From Lingula anatina (lineage: Eukaryota; Animalia; Brachiopoda): a DNA stretch of 64,000 bases. Made by a program: the position numbers and the translations under genes. The notes below the pieces were generated by a model that worked only from the letters and a program-made list of their open reading frames with translations, made no database searches and was not told the DNA's origin. Position 1 is the stretch's first letter. Each line of letters opens with the position of its first letter. The stretch is taken from the NCBI GenBank assembly GCA_051362555.1, contig CM120646.1:9114001-9178000 (forward strand), read 5' to 3'. Positions 26,222 through 38,689 of this stretch are shown here, piece after piece.

Positions 26222-26742
26222 TACTGACAGTCGATGAAAACGCAGAAAACTTTCTTGTACTTTTGTACTCTTGTATTTTTACCTAGAATCGATTCCAACC
26301 ATATAAACGAGTACAGATGCACTTATTTGGTCAAAAGAGAGTGGGCTGACCACTCGGATGTTTAAAATTTTCACTTTATTGATTTTGTGGTCAGCTGTTA
26401 CAAAATTGTTTTTCCTGTCTCATGATTGGTGTGAATTAATCGGGTTCAATATATGGTGATTAATTAAGCCTATTTAAGGTAGTCACCAAATCCAGTATGA
26501 CACATGACAAAAAAAGTAATGTGATGCCACGTCTGACACTGGAAGAGCGACTGGGGAGGCTGGGCGGAACCAAAGAAATTTGATCACGTGACCTTGCATT
26601 TTAATGATCTTTTCTGATCTTTATTTCACCTTGTGTGACTGAATAATGGGTCATATTTCACACGATAACTTTTCTTAATGTGCCAAAGGAACGTAAAATA
26701 CTATTCGAAAAATAAATGATGCGTTTTCATTGACTATCAGTA
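26222..26742 (+). mobile_element. Tc1-family internal deletion derivative (521 bp)
   Basis: TA TSDs, 23-bp TIR TACTGAYAGTCRATGAAAACGCA. Retains a transposase-like start MPRLTLEER at 26524. Confidence 0.85.
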
Positions 26743-26971
26743 TATTTAGCGTATACGTAATCAATCTTTTTTTTTTTTTTTTTTTAGTGCTAGAGTATCT
26801 GCTGGATGTGTCAACAAAACTGTGGTTCTTTAGTTAGGAGAACAGATCCTAATGCTTTTGAGAATATGGCATCGTACATTACATGTATGCATTGTCTTTT
26901 TGCCATAACTCTATTTTTGTCTTGCAAGTTGACTGCTATATATGCTCTCGTTCTCTCTCATCACACACAAA

Positions 26972-26973
<2 letters not shown>

Positions 26974-27006
<33 letters not shown>
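26974..27006. repeat. (CA)n microsatellite
   Basis: Directly visible. Confidence 0.95.
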
Positions 27007-27008
<2 letters not shown>

Positions 27009-29392
27009 GCGTACACATGGCTTATTAGTTTGTGAAAGAAAATTGTTTCATGAAATAAAAACCTTATATTTGTAAAACGATTCCTTTGTTTTAAGTTAGA
27101 AATATTGTGTATTTTGTGAAACGAAACGTACCAGTACAATAATTAGTGTGATAGTTGTGAACACTAGTTTGTAGACATGTACCCCAGTATGTATTTTCTA
27201 CCAGCTTTAGTACCAAGATTGTGATTTATTATTTATATTGATTTTAGTGTGTTGTTGTGTGTGTGGAAAGACATTTGCAGTTAGAAAAGGTTTTTATGTT
27301 ACTTTTTAAAACTTTTTAATTTGATATTTTTCTAGGCTTGAAGAACATGAATGGGACCAGGATTAATCATTTTGCCATTCCTTGGCCTGCAATTATTATG
27401 ACAGAAGCACCATTTCCAAATGCTGTGTAGCATTGAGCACCGTCACAACCTTTGACATTCTTTTAAGAGATGGAAAATGTTTTTGTGCTGTGCTAGCTGA
27501 TGCTTATAATAATAATATTTATTGATCATCAGTATAACTAGTTAGTCATATTATCTACGCGTAGGTTTGAACCATGCACCAAAAGTAGGGTATATTAAGT
27601 TTAATGTACAAGCTTTTGCATACATGACGTGGCTTGTAGACAAAAATTATTCTTATAAAAACAAAATATGGATTGGTACAGGAATAACTTGGTGTCGGTG
27701 AGAAAAGAACTGCTGACCTTGGGTAAATTTATAAAATATTATTTGTTAAAATTGGTCCTGTTTTTAAAAGTGGGTGGTGTGTTTGTTGGCTAACTGTATA
27801 TGTACTAATCTAGATGTGTAAAATAAATCACCATATCAATGTTGCGAAAATAAAAAATAACTTTTTGCCACAAATCTGCATGTATATGAAAGTTGCTCAT
27901 ATGTAAAAAATTTATAAATTGAGTCAATTGATAAAAAGTACTCATTTGTTTTTTGTCTTCATAAAAAGAAACTCATCAATCCGCCTCGTGTAATGGATAA
28001 ATGCTTATTTACAAAGAAAAAAATGAGATAATTATATTTTCAGTTTTCCCATTCTTCCTGTGCAAGTTTTGTTTCTCAATATAGACAATATTGTGCGTCC
28101 AAAACGAAGCTAGATTAGAATGTAAGTCAAAACGAGGCTGGCACATCTGGAGATAAAGTTAAATTTCCGTACATAACGAATCTCTTATACCCTTAATGGC
28201 CGAGATATTCCACCTTTTCTGACATCCTATAAATCAAAAAAAAATTCCCATTTCAAAAATCTATAACTTCCGGATTTTTTTAAACCACCTAGCGGCAGAC
28301 CGGTGGGTCCCGGGCTGGTAATGTTTTTTTGTAAATTTTTAATGGCATACTTTTCCTAGCTTCAGAGCATTTCAAGTATAAATGCTTCTGACACTACAAT
28401 AGCCCTATTTATTCAATAATACTTATTTTTGAAGTGTATTTTTTCATTGCCAACAAATTACATTACATGTTTTTAAACAGCTGCACTGGCTTTAAGTTAG
28501 AGCACGGGTCTTACTTTAAATTTAAATACAATATTTTACCAATCCCCCAGTCCTTACTGTATTTAGTACAAAAATATATTCTAAATGGTAACTTAAGATC
28601 ATTTGATAAATAACTTTTTACATCATGTAAATAACCGAATTTGTCTTGAAATAATAGCAAAAAATACATCTTTTCCGTCAATATTGCTCTAACTCCCGGT
28701 TTTTATTATCAGTTCTTGGTTTGTCATTCTTAATTTGCAGAGTATAATTTATCTTGATCACCCAGTGTTAGTGTGTGTGTGACGTTCAAATTCACAATGT
28801 ATTTAAAGAATATTTTAATATTTTTAAAAAAATAAATATTTCGTTGTAGTTTTCCTTATATTATATATGATTGACAGTGTGTTGTATATTACACAATGCA
28901 GAAACAGAAATGAAAGGGTACACAGTAAAAACGCGTTCTTGGAAGGGCAGAGAAATATAGGGAAAAAGGGGATCTTTATAAAGTCAAAACATTTTCCGTT
29001 TATAAAGTCCGTAAAAAGTGTCTTATTTTTCTTCCAGTAGGCGTTTATATGTGTTCCACAGGCGGTACAAATAACCGCCAACCTGCGCATAGTTACTGTA
29101 GGCCTACTCCCGCTCCACCAAGCATTTTCCTCAGCTAGCCTATGGCCCATAAGATATAAAGAGGACCTTTTTTTTTTAAACCATATCGGTCAAGAAACAT
29201 TTTATTCGTGATGAGACATAAAAAAAACTGAGGCAACTATGCTTGTACCTACATAAATTGTTTCGAATTCCGGGCTGTTGTGCAAATGGACCAAATTTAT
29301 CCAGAGGGGACATTTTCCCAGCAAACAGAGTTATTTCGAACAGCTCGACACCACCCACCCACCCACCCAACTTGGCTACGAACCTTGGCTAC

Positions 29393-30154
29393 TTAACAGA
29401 AAACATTACGGTAGACGAACTACGATCCATCCAAGCTACTCTAGCAGAGATTAAAAGTGAAATGATAAGAAAATCTGACGTTAAGGAAATCATTGCCCAA
29501 ATGAAACATGAAATCAAGCAGGAGGTGAAGGAGGATATTAAACAAGAAATGCAACAATACTTGACTGATAGACTCAGCCTCCTGAGCGAGAAAATAGATG
29601 CCCTATATCTGGAAAACGAATCCCTGCGTGAGAAACTCTCCAAACAAATCAGTGACACAAGGAAGTCCCTTGACAACCTAAAAGAAACCAGCCATTTGGC
29701 GAAAACAGCTGTGAGAATGGCAAACCACAACCAGCAGTATTCGCAGAAAAACAACATTAAGTTTTTAAACTGGCCGGAAAAACCAAAAGAAGACCTGAGG
29801 AGAGACCTCTGCCGCATCCTGAAGGAAAAGGTGAATGTGGACATAAGCCCCGCCTCAATTCTGGGAATCCACAGAATACCAGGTAACAGCGGTGGCGCAA
29901 GACCCGTTATAGCCAAATTCGTTAACACCGAGGAAAAAACGAAAGTTATCAAGCATAGACAAGCACTGAAAGGTAACTTTATAATGTTCGATCACATTAC
30001 TCAGAAAAATGCTGAGTTGATCAAAATTCTAAAAGGTAAAGAAGCTGTACATTCAGCCTGGTACTTCAATGGCAGAATATTTGCCATAAGAAATGACGGT
30101 CGCCGATATACATTCGACATATTCGACGATATCGACACCAAATTAACACAATAA
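29393..30154 (+). pseudogene. LINE A ORF1 (coiled coil plus RRM/CTD, L1 Transposase_22-like), N-terminus lost
   Basis: NHNQQYSQKNNI, IHRIPG..ARPVIAKF and SAWYFNGRI align with LINE B ORF1. The ORF-track portion 29243-29384 is flanking DNA and TSD. Confidence 0.85.
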
Positions 30155-30337
30155 GCCTGAAAATGAACTTTATACGGACACTGAAATTTTGGACAATAAA
30201 AATCAATGTAAAACTGAAAGTAGTTATAAACAGCAGAGCGGTAACTGTTAGCTAGCCGCTTTAGCATCAAATTATTATTATCATTATTATTATCATTGTT
30301 TTTTTTTTAATTACTAGTTATTAGTACTATCCTGTGT

Positions 30338-30571
30338 ATGTGTGTGTTTTCGATAGTTTGTCTTGGTGTGTATGTCAATTCTGGTAGAATGGGTACAAGC
30401 GGTCTATTGTATGCGTGGGTGGATGGAAGTGAATTTGATAATGCATTATATAGTATAACCGATATATATGTAGTTAAGTTATCCCTATTAGTTTGCAACA
30501 ACGAAACACTTAGATTTGATACCTCAGTACGATTGCTTTACCTACACTTAGAATATGACTGTGCGATGTAA
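30338..30571 (+). CDS. Candidate inter-ORF hydrophobic small ORF of LINE A (77 aa; open from 30311)
   Basis: Same strand as the LINE. Hydrophobic N-terminal stretch LLVISTILCMCVFSIVCLGVYV. Stop lies 24 nt before the ORF2 ATG. Positional counterpart exists in LINE B. Confidence 0.3.
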   Translation: MCVFSIVCLGVYVNSGRMGTSGLLYAWVDGSEFDNALYSITDIYVVKLSLLVCNNETLRFDTSVRLLYLHLEYDCAM

Positions 30572-30595
30572 ATTTATTTTCTGTCGTATATACAT

Positions 30596-33500
30596 ATGCG
30601 GCAGAAACCTGGTAGATATACACAGATCAAATCAAATATTAAAATATGCTCAGTAAATTGTAGGGGCCTTGGGGACCGAAATAAGCGGTTAGATGTGTTC
30701 AATTTCTTGCGGAAGAAATCCTTTTCCATCTACTGTTTACAAGATACTCATAGTACATTATCTATGGAAAAATATATAGCAGCTGAATGGGGTTTTAAAT
30801 GCTTTTTCAGTCATGGAACCTCTAATTCAAGAGGAGTTGCAATACTGGTTAACAATAATTTTGAATATAAAATTAAGGAGGTTGAGAAAGACACTAACGG
30901 AAACTTTATTGCTCTTAGTATGATAGTAGATGAAAAAGACATTCCACTCATAAATCTGTATGGTCCCAATAATGATTCACCTGAATTTTTCTTAAAAATA
31001 CACGAGACAATAATGAATTTTGGAAATCAGGATCATATTATCTGTGGGGACTTTAACTTAGTATTAAACCAAGAGAAGGACACATATAACTATAAACATA
31101 AAAATAACCCCAAGGCCTCTAATCAACTTTATACCTTGATGGAATTACATAACTGGCACGACATATGGAGGGAAATGCATGAGGATGTTAGACAGTATAC
31201 ATGGCGGCAGCCTACGCCTTTTAAACAGGCAAGGTTAGATTATTTTATTGTTTCCACAACCATTACAAATTATATCGAAGATAGTCAGATTATTCCAGGT
31301 TATAAGAGCGACCACTCCATTATAACTCTGGACTTACAGTTAAAAAGGAAAATTAAACACGGAAAAGGTTTTTGGAAATTCAATAACTCCCACTTATATG
31401 AAAGTGAGTATGCCGATATGGTAAAGCAGATAATCAATGAAACTATCTTAGAGTATGCAGCAGCGCCCTATAATAGAGATAACATACTGAATATTGACAG
31501 ACATTCTTTACAGTTAACTATAAGCGATGGGCTATTTCTTGAAACTCTCTTAATGAAAATTAGGGGAAAACGATTGCTTTTGGTGCTAGGATAAAAAAGA
31601 AAAGAGAGTCAGAGGAAAAACAAGTGGAAAATACTATAAACGACCTAGAGAATGATCTTAAAAATGAGGCCGAATTAGACAAAAAAGAAGAAATTCTTGA
31701 AATGATAAATAAGGAAAAGATGAAACTGGAAAACATAAGAAAAATAAAAGTAAAAGGCATAATGATAAGATCAAAAGAAAGATGGATAGAATACGGAGAA
31801 AAACCATCAAAATACTTTTTAGCACTGGAAAATCGCAATTTTACAAATAAGTCAATAACTAAACTGGTAACAGATAACGGAAATATTCTTACTGAACAAA
31901 ATGAGATTCTCAAAGAAACCGCACGCTTTTACGAAAATTTATTTAAGAAACAAAATCACAAATCAGTAGACATAAAAACTCGATTGGAAAATATTGAAAC
32001 TCCAAAAATTGACCGAAGCCGAAGCATCCTCGCTCGAAGGAAAGATAAACTACGCTGAACTCTATACAGTATTAAAGGGTTTGCTTCATGCCGTCAGAAT
32101 GGCCTGAACGGAACATATTCTTCAGAAAACATGCCCAACTAACGATATCTTTATCCAAATACACAAATTAAAAGCTCATTTTGTAAATTTTTGGCTTTAA
32201 AAAACGTCCTATTTGCTCGGCCTGGGAGTTAATGAGCTATGTGGTCACGTGGTCCAATGACGACAATCGAGCCACTGGAGAACAGAGCGTGCTTAGCTGT
32301 CAAACTGAGCTGCATTGTCCACCTGTAAGATGACTTCTCTGGCTTCTGATAAAAGTTTATACTCATTCAAATCTCTTACCCGAGGGGTCTAAATCCTCGT
32401 GAATCTGTGTAAAACCATTTCCCGTCTAGTCATTTCTTTAACAAGCATTTCATTATGGTTATCCCAAGTTGTATAAAACACTGCATTTGAATGAGTTAAG
32501 GGAAATGTTGATTATTGCATATGAGGTCCATGTTATTTGTGAAATTCAATTTATTTTATTAAACCGCTGACACTCCGTCTTGCATACTTTTATTAAACTG
32601 AGGTAAACAATGCCCGTTACCTTTACAAGTCCTATCTTAATCATCCATCTACCTGGAACTTCCTTTACCTCTTAATTAGAGGGTTAAATGGCATTCAATT
32701 TGTCTTGCTTGTATCGAACGCACTCTCTATCTAAGCTTTACTCCAGTTATCTCAGGTAAAAATCTACCTGTGCGTTAGTTACAAAGCGCAGCTCCCGTAG
32801 ACCTGGGGGTACTAGATAAAATCTGAACACCAGGTTTATCGAGGAGCTAGAGAAAGAAAGGAAGAATTTTTCCTGCACAACTTCATAGGAATTTTAACAC
32901 GGACTTAATCCAGCTTAGACCTCCAAACTAACAGGGTGACATGGGCAATTTTCACAAACAAATCATAAAACTATATTTCAGTTAACCGCCTTTAAAATAA
33001 ATATACCGTTCTGGGTAAATTAAAATAGTTATTAACTCGCAAGAATATTTTTGACTTAAATGATGATTTTATTATTAATGGAAATTAAGCTACTATATGA
33101 GGTACATTTGCTGTGATTACGCTGTCCTTCATGTTTTGCGTAAGTCTACATTTTGCTGTATGTGAGTGTAATCTTTTTAAATATGTGCGTACAATTTTTG
33201 CAGGTCTGGTTAACCCCCTGTTATGTGATGAGAGTATTAATTTGGCAATTAGTTCCTTAGCTTATTTGAATAGAATTGCAGTGTAAAATTTTCAACAAGA
33301 TGTTGGCGAAGTAGCCCATTACTCTTTGTAGGTATTTCCCCCGTCAAAGTTTGTCTAAAATTATCTTTCAATCTTTACTCTTTCAAAGACAGTATTAAGT
33401 TACCTGACATATTTTCGTGTAAACTTAATGACAAGCCAAGTGTCTCCAGTTCATTCCGTACTCAATTTTACCCAAGCAATTTTTTTTCTTGAGTAGATCT

Positions 33501-36500
33501 TTATAGCACGGTGTTATAAGTTTACAAATTTGCAAAAAAAAAAAAAAAAAAAAAAAATTGCGTACTGACGCAGAATTTGCGTTTCAAGTTATAAAATAAT
33601 CAATCTTTTAAATTATTTAATATTTCAGATGAAATAATCTTCAGAAACAAATCCTCAAAGCATAAACGAATTAGGATAACGAACCATTTTATTATAGCAG
33701 TTCCCATTTTTTCTTTAATATAACGCTCTTTTTCCTGTTTTTCCTCAACACGTTTTCTTCCACGGAAGCTTCAAGATACCCTGAGAGCAATTTCTTTTAT
33801 TTATGTTCGCGACCGTGTTTGAATTTAATTGTTTAAGTATTGATATTTAACGTCATTTACAAATACCAATAAAATAACCCCATGAAATAAATGAGATATA
33901 TTGAAAAATATGAAAGCCCACCAAGACGAGTTTCATACCTGTTATTACCTGGCTTGGAAATTGCAGCGGTGCATAATTAACAGGTTTGTTGTAAACGAGC
34001 TTTTGGTCAACTACAAAGCATTTAAAATGCATCAGCAATCAGTAAGTTTGCCAACTGATGACAGTTAATCTGAAAGACTACCAGCTCTTGATATGATCTA
34101 AACCACCTGAGGTGACCATGATCTAGAGCATCGCAACTATTGTCACCGAAGTTAGTAAGTCACGGAAGACCGTCACAGACAAAGAAAGATTGTCAAAGAG
34201 AGCTGCAATTTTGGTGAATCCCACGGCAACACACCGAGGCATAACGAAAATTCCTCAACTCTGTTCAACACAACTTTCCTTAACTTCTACGTCTGTATAG
34301 TATGCACCATGCAGCTCAGTTGAGTCTCATAGACCTTTATCGTGATTGTCGTCACAGTACCACGTGACCCAGATCTGTTGCTTCATTTTTGCATATTGAG
34401 GTGAGGTTTACTAAAACGCTTTTTTTTCTACTAATAGATTGTTTTTATAATTTTTAAATGGCGGGGATCGATTAAAACATACCTCTAGTGTATAGATTGA
34501 GTGCTGTATCTTCAAAATTCGAGAAATGGATTTTTACATGAACATTGTCCTTTAAGACAAACGAAAAATGAAAAGAGCCCAGGTACCGACGGGTTTACTT
34601 ACGAATTTTTCAAATTCTTTTGGAAAGAACTGAATAGTTTTTTAATAAGATGTATAAACGAGGCATACGAAAAAGACAAACTACCTATAACTCTTACCCG
34701 GGGTATAATCGTCTTTCTACCTAAACATAATAAGCCTACCAACTCGTTAAAAAACCTAAGACCGATATCACTACTTAATGTTGTGTATAAACTCGCCTCG
34801 GCATGTATAACGAATCGAATAAAGAAAGTATTACCAATATTAATAAATGAAGACCAAAATGGGTTTATGGCGGGCAGATACATAGGTGAGAATACACGGA
34901 CCATTTTCGACTTAATTGAATACTGTGATGCACATGAAATACCAGGTCTGTTGATGCAAATCGATTTCGCTAAGGCTTTCGATTCAATCGACTGGGGTTT
35001 TATCGAAAAAACCTTTGAATTCTTTGGCTTTGGAGAATCTATCATAAAATGGATAAAACTCTTCCTTAAAGACTCCTCTTCGTGTGTCTTGGTTAATGGT
35101 TTTGCCTCTTCTTTCTTCAATCTTTCTCGGGGTTGCCGTCAGGGGGATCCCATCTCCCCTTACCTTTTCATTCTTTGTGCTGAGATACTAAGTATCATGT
35201 TAAAAAATGAAATAGACATAAAAGGCATTACAATACATAATCAAACTTTTCTCATCTCCCAGTATGCTGATGACACAACTATTGTGTTGGATGGGACTGA
35301 AAAAAGTTTAAGAAATACCCTAAAGGTTCTAAATGAATTCTCCCAATTTTCTGGACTACAAATGAACAATCAAAAAACTAAATTAAACTGGTTCGGAAGC
35401 AAGAAAGACTCACAAGAGAGCATGTGTAAAGAGTTGAATCTCGATTGGAATGAACGTTTTTTCAGAATCCTTGGAATAGATTTCTCAGTAAATTTACATG
35501 AAATGATTGAGAAAAATTATAGAGAGAAACTCGAAGATATGGAAAGAACTATGAAACAATGGACTCACCGATCGCTAACAGTTTTGGGGAGAAATGTAAT
35601 TTTTAAATCACTGATCCTTCCAAAAATGACTCATTTATTTTCCACATTGCCAATACCAAACAAATATGTAGACAAAATACAAAAAATGTGCTTTAATTTC
35701 ATATGGAATGGAAATATTGAAAGAGTAAAACGAGATATAATGACACATTCGTACTCAAATGGAGGTATAAAAGTCCCCGATATTAGAAACTATATTGATT
35801 CCCTAAAAATTTCATGGCTCAGGAGAATCATGCACAAAAATTCAAAATGGTCTTTCTTTTTCCTTAGTCTGATCCCTGAAAGTAAGGGTGTACACTGGTC
35901 TGAAATGGGAATGTCTGAAATGCAAAAAATTAAGAACGGATCAAAAAATGCTTTTTGGAATCAAGTCATTGATGCATGGTGCAGACTGTTAAAGAATAAA
36001 AAGATTGATACAAAAGAAAATTTTTTAAAAGAATGTTTATGGCTAAATGATAAAATACGGATAAAAAACAGTCCTATTCTTATAAGAACCTGTAATAAAA
36101 TAGGTATAAGAAACATAAATGACTTGATCGATACAGAGGGAAATTACCTCACATACCAACAGTCCAACTTAAATGGCTATTAAAATTTACAAAAGGGGGG
36201 AAACCTTTTTACAATATTTTGAACTCAAACGAAATGAAAAAGACTAATGCAATGTCAAAATGGGAACTCCTTTCTAAAGAACCTCTCACAGCTGAAGAGT
36301 GGAAAATCTTGAATAACATTCCTTTACAATTTACTTTAGATACTAAACTGCGCTGGTTTCAATTTAGAGTATCAAAAAGAATTTTAGCTACAAATAATTT
36401 TTTACGAAAAATTGGGATAAAAGACACAGAGACCTGCTCCTTCTGTAACGAACACCCTGAAACTCTTCAACACTTATTTATTGAGTGCAAAGTAATTGCT

Positions 36501-36803
36501 CCCCTTTGGGCAAAAATACAAGACTGGATCCATTTAAAGACTGGACTTGTATTACAATTAACAGCATCTGATATAATTCTAGGAATTCCAAATTTGAAAT
36601 GCAATGCGCTCAACAGTTTGCTGATCATAACAAAATTTATTATATATAAATTTAAAATGAAAAACATTACCCCGAACATAGAAAATATTAAAATAGAATG
36701 GAGACAGGCCTACATCGCAGAGAGAAATATAAGTCTGAGAAACATGACAATAGATAAATTTAATGAAAAATGGAAAAAGCTGCAGCCTCTCTTCCTGGAC
36801 TGA
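30596..36803 (+). pseudogene. LINE A ORF2 (APE endonuclease, reverse transcriptase, CCHC zinc knuckle), disrupted
   Basis: NCRGL, CLQDTH, GDFN, RLDY, SDH; KSPGTDG, RPISLLN, GCRQGDPISP, QYADD; CSFC..ETLQHLFIEC. Frameshifts near 31565 and 32005 (both in A-runs, so possibly sequencing errors), a 2.5-kb insertion at 32076-34551 and a frameshifting deletion near 36165. Confidence 0.95.
32076..34551. mobile_element. Non-autonomous Kolobok-type DNA transposon (2476 bp) inside LINE A ORF2
   Basis: TTAA TSDs (32072-32075 / 34552-34555); removal restores GTA TTA AGA CAA (ELYTVLRQTKNEKSPG). Degenerate TIR AGGGTTTGCTTCATG vs AGGACAATGTTCATG plus subterminal inverted motifs. Confidence 0.9.
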
Positions 36804-37213
36804 TATCTTCTATCTGCGTATGTTCCCCTGCCGATATTTGATAGTAAAACACATTTGTTTTTATCTGTATTAGATCATATTATTTATTAAGTATTATTAA
36901 GTATTTTACTATTAGGTTATCAATATATCGTTGTTGACATATATATTAAATGACACAGTAACTATATATATATATATTGCAAATGACTGAGTGTCTCTTT
37001 GTGAGTGAGTGAGTGAGTGAGAGAGTGTGATTTTTATTTAGTTATTTATAAATTTTGTATTTTTTGCTGAAATCTGTACTTATTTGAGATATGCAATAAA
37101 AAAAAAAAAAAAAAAAAAAAAAAAACTTGGCTACGAACCCGATTATGGGTACTGACACCTAAAAATCGTTGAGATTCGGATTCGGATTTTGTCTTCGGAA
37201 AATGGAACATTAA

Positions 37214-37428
37214 GACCCCATTCCCACAGATTTTAGATCGATCTATCCCTGTGGGGAGTCTCACTAGATTACTGTCAGCTTAGGAGGCTTAAATGTCTGT
37301 CCCGCCTACTAAAAGCTGCAAGGGGGTAATTAACTACCGTGTGCGCTCGGCTGACAGCAATTTAGCGTGAACCCCCAGGGAGTTAGGTCGATCTAGATGG
37401 ATTGATCTAAATCTATGGGAATGCACTC
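37214..37428. mobile_element. 215-bp MITE, PIF/Harbinger-like, copy B
   Basis: TAA TSDs. TIRs GACCCCATTCCCACAGATTTTAGATC / GATCTAAATCTATGGGAATGCACTC. Confidence 0.85.
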
Positions 37429-38689
37429 TAAGTGACACCGTTTCAAAATAATCGTTATCTTATTCATTTATCTTTTCATCACCATCACTGGCGGACCTGG
37501 AGAAGGCCACGGGGAGGGGCAGGGTGGGGTCAATACACACTCTACACATCAGGACTTGACTTTTTAATGAGGGCAATGGGTCAGTCTTGGCTGTTTACAT
37601 GTTTCTCGGACAATCCCTTTAAGACACCCCCCCCACCTTCCCTGAAAAAATACTCTGGTTTTGAATTATCTATATTATACATCTGATCCATTAAAACATT
37701 TCTTGCTTACCCACCTCTTTCGGAAGACAGAATTTTATTAAAAGCAGGGATTTATCATTTTTCTCAATATCACAGTTTCATTCTCATTATTATATTCATT
37801 ACAGGGGGAATGTCCGGGAGGGGGGGAATGTCCGGGAGGGGGGGGGGGGTGTCCTGATTACCTGGATAGATTTTTACGCTCTAAGATTATCTAATGACGA
37901 GGATGAAATAAGAACATTTCAAATAATACGTCCATGAAATTTCTTTTGGAAGGATTAAGAAATTTAAGTTGACTTATCAACTCAATCATTTATGGCAGCA
38001 GTTTCAATAAAATTTTGTACAGCGTATTTGCAAATGAAGCGTTACGCGTGTTTCGACAGTGATTTCCTTGGTAGATACTCAGGTGAGCTGCCGAGGTCTA
38101 TTAGTCTGTGGTTTGGGACAAGTTGAAGGCAGAATCCATGGACATGATCCCAGAGCTGTGGTTATCTGTCGCTGGGATCGTGAACTAAACGTTATCTGAA
38201 ACAGACATGGAAACAAAACTTAAAATTCCGCTGATACACACCATTATTCAATCTTGCGTTTTAATAAAACGTGATCACATCTCTTAATTGATCTAGCCTG
38301 TGTAAACAACATAAAGAACAGTTCTCTAATATTCAGAGACAAAGTTCGGTGTTTCGAATTTTATATAGTATTGAAAACATGCATGAACAGTTTCGGACAA
38401 AGTTCACAATTTCACACTTGTTTTAATCCAGACACGAAGTCTATTTTTTGAGAAAAGATATGGCTTCAATAAATCAACCCGTGTGAATACATCATCAAAA
38501 ATTTAATTTACATACGTATTCAAATCAGCGTTATAAACAGCGCATGGATAATTTTATAGCTGATAACAACGAGGTATTAAATTCTTATGAACTCGATATA
38601 TCGATATAAGAATGTCAGTTGGGAAGCATTTTCTCTCACACAAAAGAATCATCAAGACAAATGTGAAAAATGGAAAGTGATAACAACGC

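Larger units (their letters stand above)
29385..37125 (+). mobile_element. L1/Tx1-clade LINE A, 5'-truncated and interrupted
   Basis: TSD AACTTGGCTACGAACC (29369-29384 / 37124-37139), AATAAA plus about 28-nt poly(A), ORF1 and APE-RT-CCHC ORF2. Confidence 0.95.

Noticed and set aside
29243-29384. N-terminal 47 aa of the 303-aa ORF1 in the ORF track
   Set aside because: Lies outside the element (flank plus TSD), has a non-ATG start and includes a (CCCA)n tract. Chance in-frame fusion.
34501-34555. Start of the 560-aa RT ORF
   Set aside because: The first 18 codons come from the end of the Kolobok insertion. Real RT sequence resumes at about 34556.
29340-37210. snRNA, tRNA or 5S target around the Tx1 insertion sites
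   Set aside because: Reconstructed empty sites show no recognisable U snRNA, tRNA or 5S sequence.
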